From Candidatus Binatia bacterium (GTDB taxonomy: Bacteria; Desulfobacterota; Binatia; UBA9968): a stretch of 64,000 bases of DNA. The position numbers and the translations under genes are program-made. Every line of letters starts with the position of its first letter. Position 1 is the first letter of the stretch. The stretch is taken from positions 2,745 through 66,744 of the forward strand of contig DASXUF010000173.1 of the NCBI GenBank assembly GCA_036504975.1. Reading direction: 5' to 3'. A model generated the notes under the pieces. It had not been told where the DNA came from. It saw only the letters and a program-made list of their open reading frames with translations, and did no database searches. Of the stretch, positions 8,580 to 17,460 are shown piece after piece.

Positions 8580-10481
8580 TCACTCGCCTAGGTGGCTCCA
8601 TTCGGAGAATTCTTCCAGCCTGAGCCGCGCGAGCGTATCCTTGAACGGCCGGCCGCTTCTCTCGTGTCTCCCCGATAAACGGTAATATTCGAAAATCATG
8701 TCCGGCAGCCATTTGGCGATGGTAAAGCCCTGATATTTCCCGTCGGGAATCGGCTCGAGAAAGCGCGCGCCGACGTCCTTCCAGTCGTGGTCGGCGATCC
8801 AGCCGCGCTGCGTGGCGAAAATGCTTTGCAGCAGCATGCTGCGATGGCCCGCCTCCAGCGCCTGATCGAGAGTAAAATTCCAGCCGGTGATCGCGTTGAA
8901 CGCATCGACGATGCTGTTGAGGCCGTCCGGCTTGTGTTGCATCTGCGCGAACCAGCAGCCGCCGAAGATTCCGGTGAACTGCCGGTGCTGCTCGGAGAGA
9001 ATGTGCGACCACGCCCAGCCGTCGGGGCTGTCGTCGGCCAGCGGGCCCCACTTTTCCCGGTAGCGCAAGTCCGGCGGCGGCTTGGCCGACCCGCCGCCCT
9101 GCGGTTTCATGCCGCCGCTCGCGACCAGCTCGCGGAGCATCTCGCCGAGCTTCGGGCGCCACTCGTGCATCGCCGGCGTCCCGCCTTTGGTGTGCACCGC
9201 CCACTTGGGCGCGTCGCCGCCGATCGCCTCCGCCACCTGCTTGGGACCGTCCGCTAAAAGATTCCCGAGCCAGCCCTCGCGCCGGGCCGCCATCTCCAAA
9301 AGTTTCTCCACCGCCTCGACGTTGCCCCATTCGAGCCGGAGTCCGTTGGTCCGCTCCGGACCGAGAAGGCCTTTCTCCCACGCCTCGAACGCCACGCCCG
9401 CGCCGCAGGAGAAATGGCTGCACTCGATGCCGAGGTCGTTGATTCGCTCCGCCAGATAGAGGGCGGCGTTTCCTTTGACGCCGAGGTTAAAAAAAGTATC
9501 GAGCCACTCGCCGCCGGCATTGAAGCGCACGGTGGTTCCCTTGTAAGGCCCCTCGCCGAGCGTCGCGTCCCAGGGGCAGAGTCGCTGGCACTGAAAGCAG
9601 GGGCGCAAAACCACGTCGTTCTTGTCGAAGCCGCGGATGTGCTCGGGATTCAAGTCGGTGCTGCGCCAGTTCAAGTTATTCAGCGCGCCCCACGATTCGC
9701 CGTGGCCATACTTGGTTTTTTTCTTCTGCACGTCGTGGACTTGCAAAATAGCCCGCCAGCGCATGCCCGCTTCGATCAGCTTCGCCTTGTCGCGAGCCGA
9801 AGGCCGGGCCGTGCCGCTGACGATAACGGCCTTCAATTTCTTGGAGCCGAAGACGGCGCCGCCGCTGTGGGCGGCGAAATGATTATAATCGTTCGCCAGC
9901 ATCGCCGCGCGGTTGAGATTCTCGCCCGCCGGTCCGATGCACAGTATCTTCGCGTCTTTGATACCGACCTCTTCGCGCAGCCGGTCTTCGGTTTGGCGAG
10001 TGCCCAATCCCCAGACCCGGCTCGCATCGCGTAGTTCGGCTTCTCCGTCGTGAATATATAGGTAGTATGGCTTCTCGGCAGCGCCGCTGATGATAAGTCC
10101 GTCGTAGCCCGCGGCTTTGAGATAGGTCCCCCAAAAGCCGCTGGTGGCGCCTCGGCCGAGCGTATAGCGGGTCAGCGGGCTGAGATAAACGGCGGTCATC
10201 TTGGTGCCGCCGGGCGTGAAGCCGTTGCCCGTGAGAGGGCCGGTCATGATGACGACGCGGTTTTCCGGGCCAAAGGGCTCGGCGTCGAGCGGTAATTCTT
10301 TAAGAAGAATGTAGGAAGCCAGCGCCTGCCCGCCAATGAATTTCTCCAGCACATGGGATTCGGGCAGGTTCTCGTCGTTGAGAGCGCCGGACGTGAGATC
10401 GACGCGGAGCAGTTTCCCCATGTAGCCGCCGGGAAGGGGGCTCTTGCGCGATGAAGGAAAAAGGTCGGAGTTTGCTGCCAT
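8580..10481 (-). CDS. tungsten-containing aldehyde:ferredoxin oxidoreductase (AOR family)
   Basis: 633 aa. AOR N-terminal domain (GKLLRVDLTSG; true start possibly the internal M of GYMGKLL) and CFQCQRLC (Cx2Cx3C) 4Fe-4S ligand motif. Size fits the AOR family. Confidence 0.85.
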   Translation of the reverse strand: MAANSDLFPSSRKSPLPGGYMGKLLRVDLTSGALNDENLPESHVLEKFIGGQALASYILLKELPLDAEPFGPENRVVIMTGPLTGNGFTPGGTKMTAVYLSPLTRYTLGRGATSGFWGTYLKAAGYDGLIISGAAEKPYYLYIHDGEAELRDASRVWGLGTRQTEDRLREEVGIKDAKILCIGPAGENLNRAAMLANDYNHFAAHSGGAVFGSKKLKAVIVSGTARPSARDKAKLIEAGMRWRAILQVHDVQKKKTKYGHGESWGALNNLNWRSTDLNPEHIRGFDKNDVVLRPCFQCQRLCPWDATLGEGPYKGTTVRFNAGGEWLDTFFNLGVKGNAALYLAERINDLGIECSHFSCGAGVAFEAWEKGLLGPERTNGLRLEWGNVEAVEKLLEMAARREGWLGNLLADGPKQVAEAIGGDAPKWAVHTKGGTPAMHEWRPKLGEMLRELVASGGMKPQGGGSAKPPPDLRYREKWGPLADDSPDGWAWSHILSEQHRQFTGIFGGCWFAQMQHKPDGLNSIVDAFNAITGWNFTLDQALEAGHRSMLLQSIFATQRGWIADHDWKDVGARFLEPIPDGKYQGFTIAKWLPDMIFEYYRLSGRHERSGRPFKDTLARLRLEEFSEWSHLGE

Positions 10482-10779
10482 CTTTATTCCGTTTCGACTG
10501 AAACATAGGAGAAGAGGCAGTTTGCGTCAAGAGCAATTCGGCTTAATCGCAAAAAATGCGCGCTGTCGAGGGGGGCCTGCGCCTCAGCGGGAGCCGATAG
10601 GCCTCTACTTGTCTGCTTCAAAGTGCCGTTTGGCTCGCCGGTTCTCTCTGTGAACCTCTATTGTCGGACGTCTCCCTGTCTTCGGCGCAGGCTCCCCTTC
10701 GCGCGCTCAAGTCCCTGGGTTCCGAAGGAGGAAACCTGAAGGCCGCAGACGCAGGGACGAGGAGGTTTCGGTAGGCCCG

Positions 10780-10915
10780 GACGGTGGGATTTAATCAGAC
10801 AAAGGGATGGGCGAGGGCGGTCCTCGAGGCAGAAAACTATCGTCTGCGGCCGGAAGGTTTTCTCCGAGGAACCGTACTTTGGGCCGAAGGCGAGCAATTC
10901 GCTTGCGGCAAAGGA
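10780..10915 (+). ncRNA. candidate Moco/Tuco-type riboswitch in the moeA 5' leader (tentative)
   Basis: ~490-nt untranslated gap between divergent AOR and moeA. Contains CTCCGAGG and GGGCCGAAGGCG elements and nested stems reminiscent of the Moco RNA motif; its gene context (moeA, AOR) is canonical for that riboswitch. Not verified by a covariance model. Confidence 0.25.
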
Positions 10916-10970
10916 TTTGGTCATTTGCTTACCGGCGAAGCTTTTGAATATACTTCTTGCGAGTGAAGCG

Positions 10971-12209
10971 ATGGCGAAGGCATTTTTCAAAGTCGTAACG
11001 CCGAAGGAGGCGCGCGAGATTCTGCTCAGGGCGCTTCCGGTGGGGACCGAACCGGTCGAAACCGTTCGCGCGCGCGGCCGCGTTCTTGCGGAGGACCTGT
11101 ACTCAAAAGTCGATCTGCCGCATTTCAGCCGCGCGGCGATGGACGGCTACGCCGTGATCGCCAAAGACACTTTCGGCGCGAGCGCGAGCCAGCCTGGTTA
11201 TTTGAAGCTCGTCGGCACTGTCGAGATGGGAAAGGAAGCGACGCGCCCGCTCAGCAAGGGTGAAGCGATGCGGATCTCAACCGGCGGCATGCTGCCGCCG
11301 GGAAGCGACGGCGTGGTGATGGTCGAATATACGGAAGAGGCGGGCGCAGACACGGTGGAGATCCATCGCGGCGTGTCGCCATGGCAAAACGTGATCCAGA
11401 TCGGCGACGACATCCAAAAAGGCGCGCCGGTTTTCCCGCGCGGGCGGCGCCTGAGGGCGCACGATCTCGGCGCGCTGACCGGCATCGGACTCTCCGCGCT
11501 GCCGGTTTACAAGAAGCCGCGCGTCGCGCTGATCTCGACGGGCGACGAGATCGTCGAAGCGGAGCGCGAGCCGCTCCCCGGCCAGGTGCGCAACATCAAC
11601 CAGCACTCGCTCGCCGGTCTCATCGACGAGTGTGGCGGCGAGCTGAAGGACTTCGGCGTGATTCGCGACGACCGGGACGCTCTTCGTGAAGCGCTCGATC
11701 AAGCGCTTCGCTGGGCGGATCTCGTGCTTCTCTCCGGCGGCAGCTCGATGGGCGCCAAGGATATCGCGCTCGACGTGATCCTTTCTTTCCCCCAGGCCGA
11801 AATGGTTTTTCACGGTATTTCCGTGAGCCCGGGTAAGCCGACGATCTTCGCGCGCGCCGGCGGCAAGCCGGTGCTGGGACTTCCGGGCTATCCGGTCTCG
11901 GCGCTCGTCATCTTCGAGCTTTTCGCCGCGCCGCTGATCCGCACCCTCGGCGGCGAGGATGCGGCGGCCGCATGCGAGTTCAAAAAGACCACGCGCGCCG
12001 TTCTCAAAACCAACGTCGCGTCCCAAGCCGGGCGCGAAGATTACATTCGCGTCTGCCTTGAGCAGGCGAACGGCAAGCTCTACGCCCAGCCGCTGCCGAG
12101 CAAGTCGGGCGCGATTTTTACGCTGGTGAAAGCGGACGGCATGATCCGGATCGATTTAAACCAGGAAGGGATCGAGCAGGGAGAGGAAGTCGAGGTAATA
12201 CTTTTTTAG
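10971..12209 (+). CDS. moeA: molybdopterin molybdotransferase MoeA
   Basis: Start refined to MAKAFFKVVTPKEAREILL (ATG 10971). Full MoeA N, MoCF-biosynthesis and C domains (SGGSSMGAKD, GLPGYPVSALV). Confidence 0.85.
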   Translation: MAKAFFKVVTPKEAREILLRALPVGTEPVETVRARGRVLAEDLYSKVDLPHFSRAAMDGYAVIAKDTFGASASQPGYLKLVGTVEMGKEATRPLSKGEAMRISTGGMLPPGSDGVVMVEYTEEAGADTVEIHRGVSPWQNVIQIGDDIQKGAPVFPRGRRLRAHDLGALTGIGLSALPVYKKPRVALISTGDEIVEAEREPLPGQVRNINQHSLAGLIDECGGELKDFGVIRDDRDALREALDQALRWADLVLLSGGSSMGAKDIALDVILSFPQAEMVFHGISVSPGKPTIFARAGGKPVLGLPGYPVSALVIFELFAAPLIRTLGGEDAAAACEFKKTTRAVLKTNVASQAGREDYIRVCLEQANGKLYAQPLPSKSGAIFTLVKADGMIRIDLNQEGIEQGEEVEVILF

Positions 12210-12348
12210 GGAGAGATCCTTCACGGAGTTTACCCTGAGACTCTTCCTTCGTTCAGAGTGACAAACGAAGGGTTCAGGATGACAAATTCAACGCTGTCAT
12301 TCTGAGCGCAGCGAAGAATCTCTCTTTTCCCGAACGTTATTTTTCACG

Positions 12349-14280
12349 ATGGCGCGCAAACGATACCTCAAGAAAACTCCGCTCAAAGAAGCTCGCGAGC
12401 TTTTTTTGAGCCGCGTCGATCCGCGCGCGCTCGCGAGCGAAGAGTTGCGCATGGATCAGGCGCTCCATCGCGTCACTTCCGACCCGGTCTTCGCGCGTAT
12501 CTCCTCTCCCCACTATCACGCCGCCGCCATGGACGGGATCTGCGTGCGCGCAGAAGATACCTTCGGCGCGACCGAGTTCGCGGCAAAAAAGCTCAGGTGG
12601 ACGCCGCGCGAGGGGGGAGGGGAGGGAGCTTTCGCTTACGTCGACACCGGCAACTCGATTCCGCTCTGGGCCAACGCCGTCATCATGATCGAAAAAGTCC
12701 ATCAGCTCGACGACGGCAACGTGGAAATCTTCGACTCCGTCGGCCCCTGGAACCACGTGCGGCTCGTCGGCGAAGACGTCGTCGCGACCGAGCTGCTGCT
12801 GCCGCGCGCGCACCGGCTTCGCCCTTACGATCTCGGGGCGCTTTTGGCCGCGGGCCATACGACGGTAAACGTCAAAGAGAAGCCGAGAGTGGCGATTCTC
12901 CCGACCGGCGACGAGCTGATCGAGCCTGGCGACGAGCCGAAACCCGGAGCGGTGATCGATTTCAACTCCAGCGTGCTCGGGGCTTTCATCCAGGAATGGG
13001 GCGGCGAGCCGGTCAAGTCGCCGCGGGTCAAGGACGATCCGGCCGAGCTCGGCGCGGCATTGAGAGCAGCGCTGGAAAAAAATCACGTGGCCGCGATCAT
13101 CGCCGGCTCGTCCGCCGGCGAGCACGACTTTACGGCGGAGGTTATTGCCAACGCCGGCGAGCTGCTGGTCCATGGCATCGACGTGATGCCGGGAAAGCCG
13201 GCGGTCCTGGGAATTGTGGACGGGAAACCCGTCATCGGCATACCCGGCTATCCGGTCTCGGCGATCGTCATCGCGCGCGAGATACTCCGGCCCGTCATCG
13301 AAAAACTGTTGGGCGCCGGCCCGCAGTCGGCGCCTTCGGTTAAAGCCGTGGTGCCGAAGAAGATCCCTTCGCACCTCGGCCTGGAGGAATTCGTCCGGGT
13401 TAATTTGGGCCGCGTGGAATCCAAGCTTGTCGCAGTGCCGCTCGGCCGCGGCGCCGGCGTCATCACGACGATGGTCCACGCCGACGGTTTGATGCGCATT
13501 CCGAGTCTTGTCGAGGGCATCAACGGCGGCGACGAGGTGGAAGTCGAGCTGTTGCGGCCGATCGAAGAAGTCGAGAACACGATACTCTGCACTGGCAGCC
13601 ACGATCTCGCGATCGGCGTGCTCGAAGACCAGCTCAAGATGAGTTATCCGGAATTGAAAATCGCGGCGACCAACGTCGGCAGCGTCGGTGGTTTGCTGGC
13701 GCTTAAGCGCCGCGAGACGCACATCGCCGGCAGCCATCTCCTCGACCCGGACACTGGCGCGTATAACGTCCCCGACATCAAGCGCCTCATCCCAGGCACT
13801 CCGTTGGTTCTGGTTCATCTGGCGCGGCGCGAGCAGGGGCTGATCGTCAAGAAGGGCAACGCGAAAAAGGTTTCGGGCCTGCAAGATCTGTTGAGACCAG
13901 ATCTAACTTTCGTCAACCGCCAGCCAGGCTCAGGCACACGCGTTCTCCTCGACTACGAGCTCAAGCGACTCCAACTCGATTCGGCGCAAATCCGCGGCTA
14001 CGAGCGCGAGGAATTCACGCACATGTCGGTCGGCGTGGCGATCGCGAGCGGGCTCGCGGACGTCGGCTTGGGCGTGCGCTCCGCCGCCAACGCCCTCGGC
14101 CTCGACTTCATCCCTGTCGGCAACGAGCAGTACGACCTCGTCGTGCTGCGATCGTTTTTCGAGTCGGAAAAAGGGGAGAGGCTCGTTGACGTGATCCGCT
14201 CCGACGGCTTCAAAAAGGCTGTCACGGCGCTGGGCGGATACAATACGGGTAGAGCGGGAGAAGTTCTTTACCGTCAGTGA
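12349..14280 (+). CDS. MoeA-like molybdopterin molybdo-/tungsto-transferase fused to a C-terminal PBP-like (substrate-binding-like) domain
   Basis: 643 aa. The N-terminal ~400 aa are a MoeA paralog (GIPGYPVSAIV). The C-terminal ~240 aa are a periplasmic-binding-protein-like domain of the kind fused to MoeA in tungsten-utilising organisms. Confidence 0.8.
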   Translation: MARKRYLKKTPLKEARELFLSRVDPRALASEELRMDQALHRVTSDPVFARISSPHYHAAAMDGICVRAEDTFGATEFAAKKLRWTPREGGGEGAFAYVDTGNSIPLWANAVIMIEKVHQLDDGNVEIFDSVGPWNHVRLVGEDVVATELLLPRAHRLRPYDLGALLAAGHTTVNVKEKPRVAILPTGDELIEPGDEPKPGAVIDFNSSVLGAFIQEWGGEPVKSPRVKDDPAELGAALRAALEKNHVAAIIAGSSAGEHDFTAEVIANAGELLVHGIDVMPGKPAVLGIVDGKPVIGIPGYPVSAIVIAREILRPVIEKLLGAGPQSAPSVKAVVPKKIPSHLGLEEFVRVNLGRVESKLVAVPLGRGAGVITTMVHADGLMRIPSLVEGINGGDEVEVELLRPIEEVENTILCTGSHDLAIGVLEDQLKMSYPELKIAATNVGSVGGLLALKRRETHIAGSHLLDPDTGAYNVPDIKRLIPGTPLVLVHLARREQGLIVKKGNAKKVSGLQDLLRPDLTFVNRQPGSGTRVLLDYELKRLQLDSAQIRGYEREEFTHMSVGVAIASGLADVGLGVRSAANALGLDFIPVGNEQYDLVVLRSFFESEKGERLVDVIRSDGFKKAVTALGGYNTGRAGEVLYRQ

Positions 14281-14287
14281 GCTTGAA

Positions 14288-14318
14288 TGGTGCGCCCGCC
14301 GAGATTCGAACTCGGACT
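14288..14318. repeat. direct repeat copy 1: 3'-terminal 31 nt of tRNA-Arg(CCG) incl. CCA (att-like)
   Basis: tggtgcgcccgccgagattcgaactcggact. The 28-nt core is identical to 15238-15265 and differs at one base from the 3' end of the intact tRNA at 22249-22279. No 5' tRNA half upstream. Confidence 0.7.
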
Positions 14319-14338
14319 CGCCTTCATTGAGGTGCGAT

Positions 14339-14872
14339 TCAAGCAGATCCGAAAGTGTCGATGGTTTTCTCCACGGCTCGTCGGAAGGCCGGCGCGTCGA
14401 TAGCGGGATAGCGATACAATTGCGGTTCGATCGCTTCGAAAAGTTTTCGGAGTTCGACCGGCTCAATAAGGCCGCGTCGGAACATTTCCTGGACATCCGT
14501 AACATCGAGCGCATGGCCGCGCTCGATCTTCGCCAATGCCTGCGCGTAAAGATCATAGTGGTAGAAGCTCAACGGCCCCTCTTGGACGATGAAAAGGCTC
14601 CGCTCTTCCCAATGCGGCAGTTCGGGAATGAAATGGGCCGGACAGGCCAACTCCAGGTTGATTTCAAGCTCTTCCTTCAGCGCCGGTAGCGCTCGTAGAA
14701 CCGCGTCTTCCTCCGGAACAAGGAGTATGTCAACGTCGATCGTGCTGGAACGCCAGCCCAGTAACACGGCAGTTGCCCCGCCGGTGAAGTAAAGACGGGC
14801 ATTGCGTGCGGCTTTGGCGCTGATGGCTTTGATGAAACGTTGGATGTGATCGCGGCCGGCTAGGCGACGCAT
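14339..14872 (-). CDS. putative nucleotidyltransferase (DUF6036/MNT-like), toxin-antitoxin-like cassette component
   Basis: 177 aa; overlaps the upstream 107-aa ORF by 13 nt (translationally coupled pair). Lies between two tRNA-Arg 3' repeats. Confidence 0.45.
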   Translation of the reverse strand: MRRLAGRDHIQRFIKAISAKAARNARLYFTGGATAVLLGWRSSTIDVDILLVPEEDAVLRALPALKEELEINLELACPAHFIPELPHWEERSLFIVQEGPLSFYHYDLYAQALAKIERGHALDVTDVQEMFRRGLIEPVELRKLFEAIEPQLYRYPAIDAPAFRRAVEKTIDTFGSA

Positions 14873-15183
14873 TCGAGGGCTCGTTCGAAGCGCACCAACC
14901 GGCGCAGCAGCGCGTTGTAACGCGAGTGCGCCGAGTCGGGATTGGAGGAGGCAAGGAGCCGATACAGTTCGTGTTCAGGAATCTTTAAACCGGGTTCCGG
15001 CACCTTAAATCCAAGCCGGCGTAGTCGTGGAGCGCCGATAAGAACAAGGAGAGCTGCCTCTGATTCCCGCCCTGCGGCCAGATCTTCAAGCCCTTTGCGG
15101 ACCAACTCGCCGCCGGGGAAAGGACTGAAATCCTTGAGATCCATATACGCACTTTCGTACCACGCAGGACCGCGCCGTTTCAA
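14860..15183 (-). CDS. small partner protein of the NTase cassette (hypothetical, 107 aa)
   Basis: Co-oriented, overlapping the downstream NTase gene. No other family evidence. Confidence 0.35.
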   Translation of the reverse strand: MKRRGPAWYESAYMDLKDFSPFPGGELVRKGLEDLAAGRESEAALLVLIGAPRLRRLGFKVPEPGLKIPEHELYRLLASSNPDSAHSRYNALLRRLVRFERALECVA

Positions 15184-15237
15184 GGATCTTCAACCAAGCT
15201 CAACGCCGAGGATGTTCAGGAATTTTTGCTGCACTCA

Positions 15238-15267
15238 TGCGCCCGCCGAGATTCGAACTCGGACTTA
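15238..15267. repeat. direct repeat copy 2: 3'-terminal 30 nt of tRNA-Arg(CCG) (att-like)
   Basis: tgcgcccgccgagattcgaactcggactta; identical core to copy 1. Shares the ggactTA extension with the intact tRNA-Arg at 22249-22323. Confidence 0.7.
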
Positions 15268-15374
15268 AGATCACTAACTAAGAATCAGCTTACTTACCCG
15301 AGGCGCATTTCAAAACTTGACGAGTCAGTCGTCAAATGTCATGATTATCGTCGGAAAGGCGCCAAGCGTGGCAA

Positions 15375-16520
15375 ATGGACGTGCCGGTCATTCAACGCAT
15401 CGTCAACCTACCGGAATGGCTGAAGAAGAAGTCCCATTTTCTCTTTGGCCCGCGCCAGACTGGAAAGACTTTCCTGGTTCGCCAGGTCCTGCCCCAAGCG
15501 CGAGTCTACGACCTGCTCGACAGTTCGGTTTACCTGGCTCTCAGCCAGCGGCCCAGCCGGTTGGCGGAAGAACTGACGCCTCGGGATAAGCTGGTCGTCA
15601 TCGACGAGGTCCAGCGCCTGCCGGAACTTCTCAACGAAGTCCATCGCCTGATCGAGCAGCGCGGCATCTGTTTTCTTCTCACCGGCTCGAGCGCGCGCAA
15701 GTTGCGCCGCGGCGGCGTCAACCTTCTTGGCGGCCGCGCCCGCACGCGTCATCTGCACCCGTTGACCTACCGCGAGCTGGGAGAGCACTTTGAGTTATCG
15801 CAGGCCATCGAGCGCGGGCTGTTGCCGTCGATTTATTTCTCTGACGATGCGAAAGCAGACCTCGACGCGTACACCGGCACTTACTTGCAGCAGGAAATCG
15901 TTGCGGAGGGGTCCACGCGAAACGCGCCGGCCTTCAGCCGCTTCTTGCGCGTCGCCGCCCTGTGCAACGCGACGCTCGTCAACTTTACCAACGTGGCTAA
16001 CGACGCCCAGGTGCCGCGAACGACCGTCTACGAATATTTCGAAATTCTGAAGGATACACTGCTGCTGCATGAACTCCCGGCGTGGCGGTCGTCGAAGAAG
16101 CGCAAGCCGGTGGTCTCGTCCAAGTATTACTTCTTTGACGCGGGAGTCGCTTCGGCTCTGCAAGGGCGGCTGGTGAAACAGGGCGCACCTGAATTCGGCG
16201 GCGCCTTCGAGACTTGGCTGTTTCATGAACTCATCGCCTGGCGGGACTATGCGTCGGGCGAAGCGTTGAGCCACTGGCGCTCCACTTCCGGCTTCGAGGT
16301 GGACTTCATTCTCGGCGATCACACCGCCGTCGAGATCAAGGCTAAGGAGAACGTGTCCCCGCAAGATCTCAAATCGCTGCGGGCGCTAGCCGAAGAACAA
16401 AAGCTGAAGCGGTATCTTTGCGTGAGTTTGGAGCCGCGTCCGCGCGAGCTTGAGGGAATCGCAATCCTCCCCTACAAGCAGTTCCTCGATGCGCTGTGGA
16501 CCGGCGAATTCTCGTCCTAA
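15375..16520 (+). CDS. AAA family ATPase (DUF4143-type, archaeal-ATPase-like)
   Basis: 381 aa. Walker A GPRQTGKT, Walker B LVVIDEV, DUF4143-like C-terminal region. This family is frequent on genomic islands. Confidence 0.75.
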   Translation: MDVPVIQRIVNLPEWLKKKSHFLFGPRQTGKTFLVRQVLPQARVYDLLDSSVYLALSQRPSRLAEELTPRDKLVVIDEVQRLPELLNEVHRLIEQRGICFLLTGSSARKLRRGGVNLLGGRARTRHLHPLTYRELGEHFELSQAIERGLLPSIYFSDDAKADLDAYTGTYLQQEIVAEGSTRNAPAFSRFLRVAALCNATLVNFTNVANDAQVPRTTVYEYFEILKDTLLLHELPAWRSSKKRKPVVSSKYYFFDAGVASALQGRLVKQGAPEFGGAFETWLFHELIAWRDYASGEALSHWRSTSGFEVDFILGDHTAVEIKAKENVSPQDLKSLRALAEEQKLKRYLCVSLEPRPRELEGIAILPYKQFLDALWTGEFSS

Positions 16521-16659
16521 CTGCGCGTGCCGTATGCTGGAATCATCTATCTTTGAATGATACGTGATTGCACGCTGCGCTGTATTGTCGGAATCTTAGG
16601 AGAGAGAAAAATCCTCACCGCCATAGATCTGTAGGCGTTCATAAAAAAGGAGAAATATT

Positions 16660-17217
16660 ATGGCAGACAACGAGAACAAAGAACTATGGGAACAGGGACA
16701 GTCTTCGCTTTTCAAGGCGCGGCTCGAGCGTCGCAAAGCGGATACAGCCCGACGCAAGGCGGGCCGCAAGGCGCTCACGGCCGAAGAGGTCAAGATGGAG
16801 TGGGAGCCGACCAACGGCGTTTGGTTCGGGAGTCTCTGCACGCGAGAGCTGGGCTTCGACAATCGGATCATCGAAGTCGATTGCCACATCTACCCGCCGC
16901 ATTCGCATTCGGTCACGCACAAGCATAACGAAGCGATCATTATCATTCTAAGAGGGAGAGGCTACAGTATTCTGGACGGCGAGCGCATCGACTGGAAGCC
17001 AGGCGATACTCTCTACATCGGCCAGGGAGTCTGGCACCAGCACCACATCACCAGCGACGAGCCGGCTATGGCATTCGCCATCAAGCCGCTGCCGCTGCAA
17101 GAGTATCTGGGCGAGCTGAATATCATCTACAAGGGCGACAAGCCCAAGATCAACGAGACTTTTAAAGCCAAATCGTTCGTCGAAGAGTTCGCGAAGATTA
17201 ACAACGAGAAAAAGTAG
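16660..17217 (+). CDS. cupin domain protein
   Basis: 185 aa. HIYPPHSHSVTHKHNEAIIIILRGRGY...GQGVWHQHHITS matches the two-motif cupin signature. Confidence 0.6.
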   Translation: MADNENKELWEQGQSSLFKARLERRKADTARRKAGRKALTAEEVKMEWEPTNGVWFGSLCTRELGFDNRIIEVDCHIYPPHSHSVTHKHNEAIIIILRGRGYSILDGERIDWKPGDTLYIGQGVWHQHHITSDEPAMAFAIKPLPLQEYLGELNIIYKGDKPKINETFKAKSFVEEFAKINNEKK

Positions 17218-17460
17218 ACGACCTTCCGTCGGGAACAAGCTATACGATCTCGCCAGCGTCAAACAACGTGTGATCTACGGCGCGGCGGCTACATCTTTGT
17301 TTGGTGGAAAGGAGATCACCCGCCCAGGCATGTGCACGTTTACAGGGACGAAAGGCTTGTCGTGAAGTGGGATATCGATAACCATAAAGCCATGAAAGGA
17401 GATGCGTCGAAAAAGGTCGTTAAGCTCATCGAGGAACTCGAGTCGGAAGGGTTGCTATGA
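17218..17460 (+). pseudogene. DUF4160-like small ORF lacking a canonical start codon (possible pseudogene or unconventional start)
   Basis: Frame reads ...GGYIFVWWKGDHPPRHVHVYRDERLVVKWDIDNHKAM...ELESEGLL, matching the DUF4160 GDHxPPHxH core. It opens directly after the cupin stop with no ATG/GTG/TTG in frame. ATGA overlap with the next gene. Confidence 0.35.

Noticed and set aside
15238-15310. Second tRNA gene (pseudo-tRNA) at repeat copy 2
   Set aside because: The reverse complement has an acceptor-like 3' end, but the upstream 40 nt cannot form D and anticodon arms (no GG D-loop, no complementary stems). It is treated as an att-type fragment only.
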